Assembly: GCA_963833125.1 (NCBI GenBank)
Contig: CAWHWX010000016.1
Span: 224,001 to 288,000 of the forward strand
DNA length: 64,000 bases
Origin: Candidatus Bathyarchaeota archaeon
GTDB taxonomy: Archaea; Thermoproteota; Bathyarchaeia; 40CM-2-53-6
Direction of reading: 5' to 3'
The notes below the pieces were generated by a model, which had not been told where the DNA came from, did no database searches, and saw nothing but the letters and a program-made list of their open reading frames with translations. Position numbers and translations under genes: made by a program. Shown here piece by piece: positions 31,124 to 42,167 of the stretch. The first letter of the stretch is position 1, and each line of letters begins with the position of its first letter.

Positions 31124-31966
31124 TTATTCTATCATCTCGCGTCGGTTTCCGCAAAGGTTCCATTCGTTAGATGAATACTTGTGGGCGAGTAGCTCTTTTG
31201 AGTATGCTTCCTCTGCTTCGGATAATGAGCCAAGTACCAATTCTACGCGAAATTGATTCTCGAGTACCGTTACCAAGCTACGCGTCACAGCATCAATGCC
31301 GATTGGTTTGGATAGCTCCTTGGATATGGTTGTAACCGGGTTCCATTTGCTGTGAACGAACCGGGTCAGAGTTCTTGCCTTGCTGGGACCCAGGATTCGC
31401 TCTAGTAATCGTGTATCCGTTGTCACCATTATTGAGCAGTGCCAGAGAGCAAACTCTTTTCCCAAGGCGGCTGCGGCGCCACATAATTTTCTACCATCAG
31501 CAAGAATCGAGTTGGGAGCGGAGAGCGAACAATCTAAGCCGAGATCACTTAATCCGTCCAAAACGATGCGCATGTTCTGCTCGTTGAACTTCAGTATGGA
31601 TGTGTTCTGCTCAGGTTTGGTCACTAAGGTGAGGTTCAGGGTTCCTCTATCGTGAAAGACTGTGCCTCCCCCCGTGAACCTTCGCGCTACTTGCACATGA
31701 CTAAGGTTGCATTCTTCAAGGTCGACCTCATCCGCAGCTTCTTGAAACCGTCCTATAACCACGGAGTTCGGGTTCCACCAGAACCTTACTGTTGGCAGGC
31801 GGTCCGAATTCTCGGACCAGTTCGCTCGGGCCAGTGCTTCTTCCAGTGCGAGATTCATGAAAGGAGAATCATAACTTCGATTAAGCATCCTCCAACCAGA
31901 AACGCTATCTTGTTTCATCACCAAGGTCGACATCGAGCTACGATTCTCTTTGGAATGAACGGCCAA
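31124..31966 (-). CDS. lplA: Lipoate-protein ligase A family
   Basis: NLALEEAL, RRFTGGGTVFHD and GRKLCG motifs. Confidence 0.88.
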   Translation of the reverse strand: MAVHSKENRSSMSTLVMKQDSVSGWRMLNRSYDSPFMNLALEEALARANWSENSDRLPTVRFWWNPNSVVIGRFQEAADEVDLEECNLSHVQVARRFTGGGTVFHDRGTLNLTLVTKPEQNTSILKFNEQNMRIVLDGLSDLGLDCSLSAPNSILADGRKLCGAAAALGKEFALWHCSIMVTTDTRLLERILGPSKARTLTRFVHSKWNPVTTISKELSKPIGIDAVTRSLVTVLENQFRVELVLGSLSEAEEAYSKELLAHKYSSNEWNLCGNRREMIE

Positions 31967-32679
31967 AGCTTCTGCCTATTGAGAACCGACCCAAGTTTCG
32001 GGATCAAACCTACTGCATCGGTTCCGAGTTTGCACACGATTGACTGCACTGTCAGAGTGATCCGGTCAGCTGATATGGTGTCTCGGGGCAAATGGGCCTT
32101 AAGGATCGCTGCTTCAACTTCCTCCTTATAGCAATCGAAGACTTCTATCCGATCCAATCCGGTTGTAATCCATCCAGACAGTCGTTCAATTTGTGAGTCT
32201 GCTAACCAAGCATCAATCTTGTTATCGGTTTTTCCTGTGATTCGCACCGAAAGCCGTTCACCGGGAAAGAGGCAGTAGTCTTCGATTATTTCACGGGTTT
32301 GTATGTTTTTGCCGTCAGCTAATTGAGCGATCAAGTGGCTAGCTGGAACGGAACAATTGACGTGGACGGGTTTCTCTAAACCGACGTCGAACTCCAGGCC
32401 GTGGGCGCTTGACCCGGTGATTATTGAGTCGTAAACGCCGCGGACTTCAATCTCTTGGAGGTTTGGTTGAGCTAGACCGTGCTCCTTGGCAATGAGTTCT
32501 GCTAGAATCTCGCTATCTTCTCCGACGATTCCGATGCGGGCCCATCCATTCGAAGTGAAGCCGGCTAGCGTGGCAGTGGCGTTTAGTTCTGTCTTCAGTT
32601 CGTTGAGCGCTTTTTCTAGCCTTTGGCTGAAGTTTTTGGCAGTGATTTCAGTTGGCCTTTCCAGGATGGTTATCTTCAT
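31918..32679 (-). CDS. DUF2110-like conserved archaeal protein
   Basis: Directly downstream of tfe; C-terminal CKLGTDAVGLIPKLG motif. Confidence 0.7.
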   Translation of the reverse strand: MKITILERPTEITAKNFSQRLEKALNELKTELNATATLAGFTSNGWARIGIVGEDSEILAELIAKEHGLAQPNLQEIEVRGVYDSIITGSSAHGLEFDVGLEKPVHVNCSVPASHLIAQLADGKNIQTREIIEDYCLFPGERLSVRITGKTDNKIDAWLADSQIERLSGWITTGLDRIEVFDCYKEEVEAAILKAHLPRDTISADRITLTVQSIVCKLGTDAVGLIPKLGSVLNRQKLWPFIPKRIVARCRPW

Positions 32680-32694
32680 TCCGCTCGGCCTTTA

Positions 32695-33201
32695 TCAACG
32701 GCTGAGTTCGGCCTCCAGTTTCTCGATTTTGGATTCGAGGATGGAAACCAATTCCGCATTCTCGGAGCTGTCGAGTTGGTTTCCGCACTTGCCGCACTTA
32801 AACGAGCTTTCCATCGCTTCTTCGAATGTTACTCGTACCTCCACGTCGGTCTTGCATACGAAGAATGTGTGGTTCCTCTCAAAGTCAAGCCTTTGTTTCA
32901 GCTTATCTAACGCACGTTTCTTGCGGCTACGAATGAACGCATCGAGTTGGTCGGGTTGGAGTCTCCAGTAGAAAATGAACCAGCCTGTCTTCTCGTCTCT
33001 GACTCTGGTGCAGGATACAAGGCCGTGGTCGTAGAGTTTGTAGAGCACCTTTCGGACAGTGTTCAGTCTTATGGCGCAATCATTGGCTATGGTTTCGTCG
33101 GTTCCTTCGCCGAGCTTCTTGAGGCTCTTAACAATGGTAACTGCTTCTTCTCCACCGAAGAGATTTGCAATTTTAATAAGTTCCTCGTCTAGCACTGACA
33201 A
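32695..33201 (-). CDS. tfe: Transcription factor E (TFE alpha)
   Basis: TDETIA..LNTVRKVLYKL winged helix, GWFIFYW, FKCGKCG. Confidence 0.93.
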   Translation of the reverse strand: MSVLDEELIKIANLFGGEEAVTIVKSLKKLGEGTDETIANDCAIRLNTVRKVLYKLYDHGLVSCTRVRDEKTGWFIFYWRLQPDQLDAFIRSRKKRALDKLKQRLDFERNHTFFVCKTDVEVRVTFEEAMESSFKCGKCGNQLDSSENAELVSILESKIEKLEAELSR

Positions 33202-33340
33202 ATCTGTGGCCGCCGATTGTACTCTGTCTTCTAAGCCTTTTACTTCACATTAACTCTTTGTTGAGCGCGGGGAAAGCCCGATTCGGTAAGTAAGTCTTTT
33301 ATACGAACCAGTTTGGTTTAGCGTTCGCGGGCCGCAGAAA

Positions 33341-33529
33341 ATGAAAGAAACCGTCGGGACCCTAGGGTTTCTCTTATTCTTCTTGGGGGCGATGATGGAT
33401 ATAGCCGGCTCAACCTCTGTAACTGAAGGCGGAACGCCCGCAGCGACTTACTTCAGAGTCGGCATAATCGAACTTCTGGGAACCATAATCTTCTTTGTCG
33501 GAATGTACCTAATAGTCAAGACTCGATAG
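33341..33529 (+). CDS. Small two-TM membrane protein
   Basis: Two hydrophobic helices; TTTTATA upstream. Confidence 0.6.
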   Translation: MKETVGTLGFLLFFLGAMMDIAGSTSVTEGGTPAATYFRVGIIELLGTIIFFVGMYLIVKTR

Positions 33530-33566
33530 TCTGATTGCAAGGACGAAGGTAAAGGTCACCGAGACT

Positions 33567-34094
33567 ATGAGAGTCATGGTGCTCCGAATCGGGCATAGGA
33601 TTCCCAGGGACGAGCGCATAACTACCCATGTATGCCTAACAGCCCGTGCGCTTGGTGCCAATGGTGTTTACATTTCTGACGTGCAGGACAGAGAGCTCGT
33701 TGCGACTGTAGCGTGCGTTTCGCAAAGGTTCGGCGGAGACTTTCAGGTAGAGGCGGGAAGCCCATGGCGTTCAACCCTAATGGATTGGAAACGTGCTGGG
33801 GGTAAAGTAATCCATCTTACCGCCTATGGAATGCCATTACCTAAGGTCATTAATGCGATCAGGAGCGCACGTGGAGACAAATTAGTAGTCGTTGGGGCCG
33901 AAAAGGTACCAGGAGAGCTATACGGACTTGCCGATTGGAACGTGGCCGTAACTAATCAGCCCATCAGCGAAGTTAGCGCATTGGGCATTTTCCTCGATTG
34001 GCTTTTCAAACATAAACGTCTCGAGCACACGTTTCCCGAATACGAGATTAGAATAATCCCATCTGAACACGGGAAAAATGTCACCGAACACTAG
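33567..34094 (+). CDS. trm56: tRNA (cytidine56-2'-O)-methyltransferase
   Basis: LRIGHR..RDERITTHVCLTARALGA, VVGAEKVP and NQPISEV motifs. Confidence 0.93.
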   Translation: MRVMVLRIGHRIPRDERITTHVCLTARALGANGVYISDVQDRELVATVACVSQRFGGDFQVEAGSPWRSTLMDWKRAGGKVIHLTAYGMPLPKVINAIRSARGDKLVVVGAEKVPGELYGLADWNVAVTNQPISEVSALGIFLDWLFKHKRLEHTFPEYEIRIIPSEHGKNVTEH

Positions 34095-34594
34095 TTAGTA
34101 GCGTCTGGCTCAATGTGGCCCCTTATTTTGACGATGTCCCCGAGCGTAACCTCGCCTAGAGGGGTCGTCTTTGGCGGAGGGGTTTCTTTCCGGGGGACTA
34201 ACAGCTTGATTTTCAGTTCATGCTGAAGTACTCTGCAGAGCTGAGTATCGGGGGCGATCTTGCCGTTTTCAATTTTCTGAATAACAGACAGTTTTTGCTT
34301 CACCCGGTTCGCTAGATCCTCCTGAGTCATCTCTAACTTCATACGTCGCTTCCGTATGATCGCCGCGAAGTTCTCGTCAATATCTAACTCCTGCATCTCC
34401 CTCGGTAACTCGGATACCCTTCTTACCTGGGGAGGCATCCGAATAATACCGGGCTGCGGCTGTCGGAGGACGGGGTCTTCTTGGTAGGGTGTGCCGAGGC
34501 GCTGGCAGTTTCGGCATGCGAGCATTTTCGCACCCTCAACCTTAACCTTGAAGGCCGGACCCACGATTTCCCTGCCACAAATGTCGCAATTCAA
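34091..34594 (-). CDS. mbf1: Archaeal multiprotein bridging factor aMBF1
   Basis: CDICG...C..C zinc ribbon, HTH, and TLGDIV tail. Confidence 0.9.
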   Translation of the reverse strand: MNCDICGREIVGPAFKVKVEGAKMLACRNCQRLGTPYQEDPVLRQPQPGIIRMPPQVRRVSELPREMQELDIDENFAAIIRKRRMKLEMTQEDLANRVKQKLSVIQKIENGKIAPDTQLCRVLQHELKIKLLVPRKETPPPKTTPLGEVTLGDIVKIRGHIEPDATN

Positions 34595-34614
34595 GCCCGG
34601 TCTGCCTCCATGGG

Positions 34615-35175
34615 TTGTGCTCGTCTAGAAGCTTAAATTGGTTTCTTGGCTGTTGCAAGTCTCGAAGTCCTGTGGCAAGCGCTTCGAAGATGCAACTGCG
34701 CAAGCTGATCGGCGTGGGAAACTATCAGTTCGGTCAGGGGATAGGTTCGATTCTATTCAATAAGAAAGTGCAAATCGAGTGTTCAAGAAAGACTGGACGA
34801 GTTCGACACATCTTCCGTCAGAGTGGGTTAATTGCAACCCTTAGGCCGAAAGACGGTTATCTAGCTCTTACGCCAAACGCAGCCACCCTCATCATATCTA
34901 AGGTCAAGAATCCCCCAAACCTGGTTGTTGTACAGACCGACGTATCAGACGCTATCAAGGCGGGTGGTGATGTCTTCGCGAGGCACGTTGTCCGTGCTGA
35001 CCAAAATTTGAAACCGGGAGAGGAGGTAATCGTAATCGACGAAGACGACTCACTGCTGGGTGTCGGAGCCGCGGTTCTGAGCGGCCGAGAGATGTGCGCA
35101 TTCAAGAGGGGTGTGGCTGTTAAGTTACGGAAGGGCCTAAACGAAGCCGAACACGCCGACCGCGAAGCTTCATGA
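34615..35175 (+). CDS. PUA-domain protein (archaeosine TGT C-terminal-like)
   Basis: YQFG, ATLRPKDG, VFARHV and GVAVKLR motifs; real start probably ATG 34689. Confidence 0.85.
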   Translation: MCSSRSLNWFLGCCKSRSPVASASKMQLRKLIGVGNYQFGQGIGSILFNKKVQIECSRKTGRVRHIFRQSGLIATLRPKDGYLALTPNAATLIISKVKNPPNLVVVQTDVSDAIKAGGDVFARHVVRADQNLKPGEEVIVIDEDDSLLGVGAAVLSGREMCAFKRGVAVKLRKGLNEAEHADREAS

Positions 35176-37723
35176 ATGTTATCAACGCGATAACCACAAC
35201 CAAGATCACGATGCCTTCGACTAGAATAGTCAGGGGGGCAAAGCTCCCACTCTCGCTCCAAGTCGCAGATATTACCTTACTTGAATCCATATTCACCATT
35301 ACTGTCGGAGAACTCGAGACAATGGCGCCGATCCAACCTTGAAATTGATGGCCGTCCACACTGGTTGGAGTAACACTGGCAGTTGCCGTGGAATTAGCGT
35401 CATACCAGCCCGTTCCGGCGGCGTAACCATATTGCGAATTCGCCTGAAGGTAATACTGTTCTTGGTAGGTATAGTTTCGCGTTCCACCCGATGAGAATGT
35501 CCAAGGTGGCCCGAACAGCACGAATCGCGTGCCAGGCTCAACGTCAATAATTGGTGTTAGTTCAATTGTGTGGTTGGCACCACGAGCAAACTCCAGGGTT
35601 ACCATAGTGGTCTGATTGAGCTGAATTCTCTGAACAATCGCCCCGTCGAGAGTTAAATCCGCACCCAGGGATTGGTCGACCGCGGCGACTTCAATCCTGA
35701 TCGAGTATAGTTTAGGCGCATCGAGTGTTGAAGTGAATGCGTTAACTTTTCCCCAACCCCAAAGCGGTGAACCCACTGACCGGTTAATGGTGCCTGTGAA
35801 GTTATCCTGTCTGGCATCTGCCTTTAGTATGGTAGTGATTTCGTTGGGGCTTAGGTATGGGTTCATCTGGAGCATCAATGCTATCGTTCCAGCAACGTGA
35901 GGGGCTGCAAGGCTTGTTCCGACCCACACTTGATGGAAGTTATCTGGGTCAGAATGCCGTTCAGGAGCAGTCGAGGCTCGGGCGGCTGCGATGTTCGCTC
36001 CTGGAGCATCCAAATCAGGCTTCATCCTGCCATCTCGAGTCGGACCAGCGCCGCTGAAGTACAGTAACTGGCCGACACCTGGTCCTCCAACTAGGATCGT
36101 TCTGACAATGTTGCTAGATGTATTGGTGTATAGTAATTGGGCTTCTCCCGGCGCATAACTTGGAGTCCACCAATACCCCTTGTAACCATTCTGCATCGCC
36201 CACTGAACACAAGTAGTACATTGAGCCCACCAACTGTACTTCGACATGTAGGCGCCTACAGTTATGACGCCCCTCGCTGTTCCAGGCGCATCAATAGTAT
36301 CTGACCGATCAATCGAATACACCTGCAAATCGGTCTCGTTGCTTCCCAAGAATTTTCCCGGCTCCGTCCACGCATCCCACTTTCCTTGCGCGCCAGATTG
36401 TGACGTTAGGACGAAGGACCAGGGCCCAGTAGTTTGAGGTGCAGTGCCGCCTTCCGTTACGTTGATCCACCACTCTCGGCCGCTCGGTCGCATGTCGGCG
36501 AGATGATCACTGTGCCATCGGGGGTTTGCGTGCCAAAATCAGAAGTGGGACCGTTACCGTATTCGCCCGAGGGCGTTACTACTGAAAGTGCGACTGAAGT
36601 TGGAAGTGGGTACCACAAATCGATTTGATTAGTATTCGGACCAGAAAAGGACCATGCTGCTATCTGCCATAGACCAAGGTACATGAACTGTTTCACCGGG
36701 AGACAGAATTCCGCTCACGTGCAAATTTGAGCCGCCATCGTTACCAGCGGCTACTACAATCGGAACCCCTTCGGAGACGAAATCGGTGAACGCCAACTCG
36801 AGGGGCTCTGTGCCATCATGCGACCCGAGCGCAGTCTCCTAGGCTGTGAACAATGACGAGTGGCCTGTTTAGTTGTCGAGCTTTCATTATCATATACTGC
36901 ATCGCATCAATCACGTAGTTCTCGGAACCGTCAACTAACTTTACTGCCACTATGGATGCGCCCGGTGCCACTCCATAGTATTTCTGGGAAGCTTGCCCGC
37001 TACTTGCGGCAACCGCTGCCACTGCAGTGCCATGCCCCGTAGTTAGTGAACATCCGCCGTCATCAAATTCCGTGCAGGTTTTCGATTGGATATCACTCGG
37101 CGCGCACTCATTCCCATAACTGTATCCGTTCGGTGGTTTTCCGACTGTCGTCTGATCCCAAATGTACAGGATCTTATTTGTTCCATTGGGGAAGTAGAAG
37201 TCACCGTGCAAATAATCGATACCGCTGTCAGCTACGCCAATTATCACTCCAGATCCGTCAACTACCTTTCCGCTTGAATCACGAACGCCTGGGTACTTTG
37301 CGGTGTTCCAAACTTGATCTGCAAGGATTTCAGGGACGCTAACATCAAGCTCCGATTTCATTATTCTAGGGGTTGCAATTTGAGATACGAAGGGTAAGCT
37401 CGCCAATTCAGGAAGTATGATTTGACGGCAAGCTCACCGTAGCGACGTGACCAGTAAAAGTCTCAACTTTGCCTAGCGAGTCAAGCGCAGCCAAGTCGTT
37501 GGAAGATGGGATGGAAGAGAAGACCACCAAAACGTTGACAGACACCACGCCTATAGGGTTTGCTTTGCAAGAAGACCCGGAGTGGAGGGTTTGCTTTTCC
37601 TTCCAACGTGATCTTGTTATCGAAAAAGTAGGGGGCGCCGACTGACTGAGCGAAAACCGAGAATATCACGATTGTCAATATGAGGCTCAAAAGGAGTTTA
37701 CGCGTATTCGGCAAAGAGCCCAA
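35120..37723 (-). CDS. Secreted, membrane-anchored S8 subtilase; several frameshifts
   Basis: IGVADSGID (Asp), GHGTAVA (His), AAGND and GTSLAAPHVAG (Ser); signal peptide in 37481-37723; C-terminal beta repeat and TM. Confidence 0.85.
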
Positions 37724-38062
37724 ACAGCTTATGCCTTCCCAAAGTAAGCGTTAAGCGTCCTGGTAAACCTCAGGATTTCATCGCGCTACCGCTCAACGTG
37801 TATATAAATTTCCCCACAAGTCTTGACGGGCCTGTTTTGTCAGAACTCAAAATCTACGCCCAATATCTAGTTTGGACGGCAAGGATTTGACCCACCCTTT
37901 CAATCGCGAGCCCCTCCGCGGTATAGTGAACAGTTACCTAGAGACGATGTGGGGCAACAATCCTTCTAGGTATGAATGCACCCGTTGACCAAGTTTTCTA
38001 CTGGGGACGCATTCATAATCAAAGACCCAAATGCTTCGGAATATTCATAACAACTCATTGTA

Positions 38063-39623
38063 TTGAAAATGGAGAGATATGATTTGGCACTGGTGATAAC
38101 AGGTTCAGGATTAACCATTGAAGGTCTTGTCGGCGTTGCTCGCCGCAGCGAAAGAGTGGAGCTGCACCTCGATTCAGCTAAGAAGATCAATTCATGCCGT
38201 GCTATGCTTGAGAAGAAAATTGCAGCGCATGAGATCATGTACGGTATCAATACGGGTATAGGGGAATTTTCCGAGATAGTGCTAAACGATGATCAGGTGA
38301 AGGAATTTCAAAGATACTTGATCTACAACCACGCCGCAGGCATAGGCGACCCTATGCCTATCGACTGGGTACGCGGCGCCATGCTGGGACGCATCAACGT
38401 GCACGCCCACGGCAACTCAGGTTGCCGCCTAGCAGTCACCCAAACCCTAGTGGACATGTTGAACAAGGACGTTACGCCCTATGTGTGTACCAAAGGCTCA
38501 GTGGGCGCTTCCGGTGATTTAGCCCCCATGGCCCAGATCGCCCTACTCATGATGGGTGAAGGCCACGCCTACTACAAGGGAGAACTCCTGGAAGGCCACG
38601 AAGCAATGAGGCGTGCAAGTATTCCTATACCCGGGCTTGAGGCGCGTGATGGTCTGGCGGTGATTAATGGTTCCAACGTACTGACCGCCATGTCGGCCTT
38701 GATGGTGTATGACGCGAACAATTGGCTGAAACAGGCTGAAATTGCTTGCGCCATGTCGTTGGAGGCGCTGAAAGCCAACCTCAAACCGTACCATGCCTCA
38801 ATTCTTGAGGCACGCGGATTTCCCGGGTGGCGTCCGCAGTGCAAAATCAATCCGTAAGATAACGGCGGGCGGCGACTTGGATGAGGGCCATCTGAAAGTG
38901 AAGGTGCAGGATGCTTATTCGATGCGTTCTACACCGCAGGTGATTGGGGCAGCACACGACGCCCTCGCCTTCGCCCGAACACAGGTGGAGACGGAATTGA
39001 ATGGTGTGGGGGATAATCCCATCTTCTTCCCAGATGAAAACCTGGTTCTATCAGGCGCTAATTTCCAAGGCACGCCCGTCTCTTTGCCTATGGACATGGT
39101 GGGGGTAGCGGTGACGATGGTATGCGTGCTCTCTGAACGGCGAATGAACCGCCTCAACAACCCCGCACTTAGCGTTGGGCTTCCACCGTTCCTGAGTAAG
39201 GGTGCCGGTATGTTCTCGGGGTTAATGCTCAGTCAATATACGGCAGATATGGAGATTGCGGAACAGCGAATCCTCAGTATGCCTGCTTCTATACAATCAA
39301 TCCCAGCTGCCGCTGACCAGGAGGATTTTGTTTCGATGGGCATGAACACAGCCCTGAAGAATTTCCAGATACTCGACAACGCTTACGGTATCTTAGGGAT
39401 TGAGTTCATGGCTGCAGCTCAAGCCCTTGACTTGCGAAGAAAATACGAAACCCCATATGAGTTCGGGAAAGGTACGCAGGTTGCTCATAAAGTGATCCGT
39501 AAACACGTCGAGTATCTCGATGCCGACCGCCCCCTCTACCCAGACCACAACAAAATGAAGGAACTCGTGAAATCATGCGAGATCCTTACGGAAGTAGAGA
39601 AAGCTATAGGTTCCCTAGAATGA
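38063..39623 (+). CDS. MIO-dependent aromatic amino acid ammonia-lyase (HAL/PAL/TAL family); one indel near 38825
   Basis: YGINTG, GSVGASGDLAP (MIO), QDAYSMR and QEDFVSMG motifs. Confidence 0.9.
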
Positions 39624-39701
39624 AACGTTCTTTGCACTTCGATGGTGAGATCACGATAATCTTATTGTTCATGACGAGGCATCTTTAGTGGTTGAAGACT
39701 A

Positions 39702-40091
39702 TTGGCATACAAGGCTTTGAAGGCGGCTCGAGGGAAACCGGGTGGGCGGGACGCAGCACGAATGATGCAGAAGATGGGCATGAAGGTTGACGAAATCGCT
39801 AACGTTACTCAAGTCATCATAAAGACAGAATCAAAAGACATTGTAATCGAAGGACCCAGCGTAACCTTGGTGACCGTCCAGGGACAGGCGATGTATCAAA
39901 TCGCCGGAGGGCAAGTATCGGAAGCCACAGCTCAGGCAATCCCAGTCTCCACAGGAGAAGAGGACGCTCAGTTAGTTGCTCAGCAGACTGGCAGATCGCT
40001 TGATGATGCTAAGAAAGCGCTTTTAGAGGCTGGGGGGGACCTTGCAAAAGCCATTTTGATCCTTAAGGATCGGCCTAGCGCTCAAGCTTGA
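39702..40091 (+). CDS. nac: Nascent polypeptide-associated complex protein
   Basis: MMQKMGM, QGQAMYQI and UBA-like GDLAKAIL. Confidence 0.9.
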   Translation: MAYKALKAARGKPGGRDAARMMQKMGMKVDEIANVTQVIIKTESKDIVIEGPSVTLVTVQGQAMYQIAGGQVSEATAQAIPVSTGEEDAQLVAQQTGRSLDDAKKALLEAGGDLAKAILILKDRPSAQA

Positions 40092-40756
40092 ATTTGCTGG
40101 TCGAGTAAGTCTAAGTCGACAGGTTTGTCCTTTGCCATTCTGCCTTTGATTCGCTTTAGTCTGAAGAAGTCCTCGCGTTCGGCTTCTTCTAGATGCTGTT
40201 CGATGTAACGAATCGTGGCAAGCATTCGGGGAATAATCACGTATTCGAGGGAGTTGACTCGTCGTTTCGTAGCCGCTATCGCTTCAGCGAGTTTCTTAAC
40301 TGCAGCCTCAGCGCTGGAAAGTTCTGCGATTGCTTTTATCGCTTCAGCCATCTTAACGGTTGCCTCGTCAAGTTTGATTGAAGTATCGTAAGGGTTGTAT
40401 GGGAAGGCTGATAGTGGTTTCAATTTGACCTGGATGTATGGGATCGTAACGCCGATCACGTTTCTGGTCTTGGTTTCTATTGAGAACCTGTCTTCAACGC
40501 CTATCGAAGTCTGTTCGAGTTTCATGGATCCCATCGCCATTTGGGCCTCGACGAACTCTTCGTAAGCTTCAGTTAGCAATTGCTGTGCTTTCTGTCTCAG
40601 GGTGGCGATTTCTCGGACGAATTGAAAGAATTCTATCATGAGGGCATCAAGTTTTTCTCTCAAGAGGTCGCGGCCTCTTTCCGCGATTTTTCGTCTTTTT
40701 CTTAGGGTGAGTAATTCCATTCGGGTTGGGTGGACGCCCGTGATCAGTTCGGGCAT
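40082..40756 (-). CDS. atpD: A/V-type ATP synthase subunit D
   Basis: PTRMELL, TKRRVNSLEY and EREDFFRLK motifs. Confidence 0.95.
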   Translation of the reverse strand: MPELITGVHPTRMELLTLRKRRKIAERGRDLLREKLDALMIEFFQFVREIATLRQKAQQLLTEAYEEFVEAQMAMGSMKLEQTSIGVEDRFSIETKTRNVIGVTIPYIQVKLKPLSAFPYNPYDTSIKLDEATVKMAEAIKAIAELSSAEAAVKKLAEAIAATKRRVNSLEYVIIPRMLATIRYIEQHLEEAEREDFFRLKRIKGRMAKDKPVDLDLLDQQIQA

Positions 40757-42157
40757 CTAATTTCCCGACCCAGTCTTGTACTTGGGGTGGAACTGTTTTA
40801 TTGTGGCCGGATCGATTCGTTTAAGCTCGCTCTCCGGAAGTGCTGCCAATAAGTCCCAGCCAAGGTCGAGGGTCTTCTCGATGTCTCGGTTCTCATATTC
40901 GCTTTGGCCTATGAAGCGTCTTTCAAAGTCGTCTGCGAACTTCAAATATATCTTATCTCGGGCGGACAATGCCTCCTCCCCGACCACGGCTACGAGGTCC
41001 CTAAATGCGCGTCCTTCGGCGTAGGCGTAGTAGAGTTGATCGGAAACTTCTCTGTGGTCTTGTCGAGTTCTCTCTTTACCGATGCCTTCTCGCATTAGCC
41101 TGGACAATGATGGGGATACGTCGATCGGTGGGTAGATGCCTTTTCTATGTAATCCTCTATCGACGATTAATTGTCCTTCCGTGATGTAGCCGGTTAGGTT
41201 TGGAATTGGATGCGTTATGTCGTCGTGCGGCATTGTTAGAATTGGCATCTGGGTGATAGATCCCTTTGCCTCCCTAATTCTGCCTGCTCGCTCGTAGATG
41301 CTCGAGAGGTCAGTATACAAATAACCCGGGTACCCTCTGCGACCTGGTACCTCCTCCCTGGCAGCTGAGATTTCACGTAGAGCCTCGGCATAGTTGGTCA
41401 TGTCCGTTAGGATTACGAGAACGTGCATATCCAATTTGAACGCGAAATATTCGGCGGCAGTTAACGCCATGCGGGGGGTGAGGATTCTCTCAATGGCTGG
41501 ATCATCAGCCAGGTTGATGAACATGGTAACGTGCTCGAACGCTCCTTGTTTTTCGAAATCTTCTCTGAAGAAGCGTGCCTCATCCGCGGTGATCCCTATG
41601 GCCGCAAAGACGGTTGAGAATGGCTCGCCAGTTCCTCGTACTCGTGCTTGTCGTGCGACTTGCGCGGCGACTCTGTTGTGTGGAAGGCCTGCGCCGGAGA
41701 ATAGAGGTAGTTTCTGGCCTCTAACGAGAGTGTTCATTCCGTCGATGGCCGAGATTCCAGTCTGTATGAATTCTCTTGGATACGTCCTAGCGTAGGGGTT
41801 GATTGGTGCGCCGTGGACATCCGCGTAATCCTCGGGTATGATGCGCGGTCCGCCGTCAATTGGGTTGCCGCTTCCGTCAAGAATGCGGCCCAACAAGTCG
41901 CCCGAGACTGGTAACTTTACTGTCTCTCCCATGAAGCGAACGTTAGTTGAGGCTATGTCAAGGCCTGAAGTTCCCTCGAATACCTGAACCACAGCCAAAT
42001 CGCTTCGAACCTCTAGAACCTGCCCTCGTCTCTCTTGCCCTGCTGGAGTGCGGATCCTTACTAGCTCGCCGAAACCGACGCCTTTTACGTCTCGTACGAA
42101 AAGGAGCGGGCCAGAAATTTCGTTGACAGTCGAGTATTCGCGAATTACGACGGACAT
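40757..42157 (-). CDS. atpB: A/V-type ATP synthase subunit B
   Basis: [10 protein letters not shown] and [14 protein letters not shown] motifs. Confidence 0.97.
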   Translation of the reverse strand: MSVVIREYSTVNEISGPLLFVRDVKGVGFGELVRIRTPAGQERRGQVLEVRSDLAVVQVFEGTSGLDIASTNVRFMGETVKLPVSGDLLGRILDGSGNPIDGGPRIIPEDYADVHGAPINPYARTYPREFIQTGISAIDGMNTLVRGQKLPLFSGAGLPHNRVAAQVARQARVRGTGEPFSTVFAAIGITADEARFFREDFEKQGAFEHVTMFINLADDPAIERILTPRMALTAAEYFAFKLDMHVLVILTDMTNYAEALREISAAREEVPGRRGYPGYLYTDLSSIYERAGRIREAKGSITQMPILTMPHDDITHPIPNLTGYITEGQLIVDRGLHRKGIYPPIDVSPSLSRLMREGIGKERTRQDHREVSDQLYYAYAEGRAFRDLVAVVGEEALSARDKIYLKFADDFERRFIGQSEYENRDIEKTLDLGWDLLAALPESELKRIDPATIKQFHPKYKTGSGN

Positions 42158-42167
42158 AAGTTATGCC

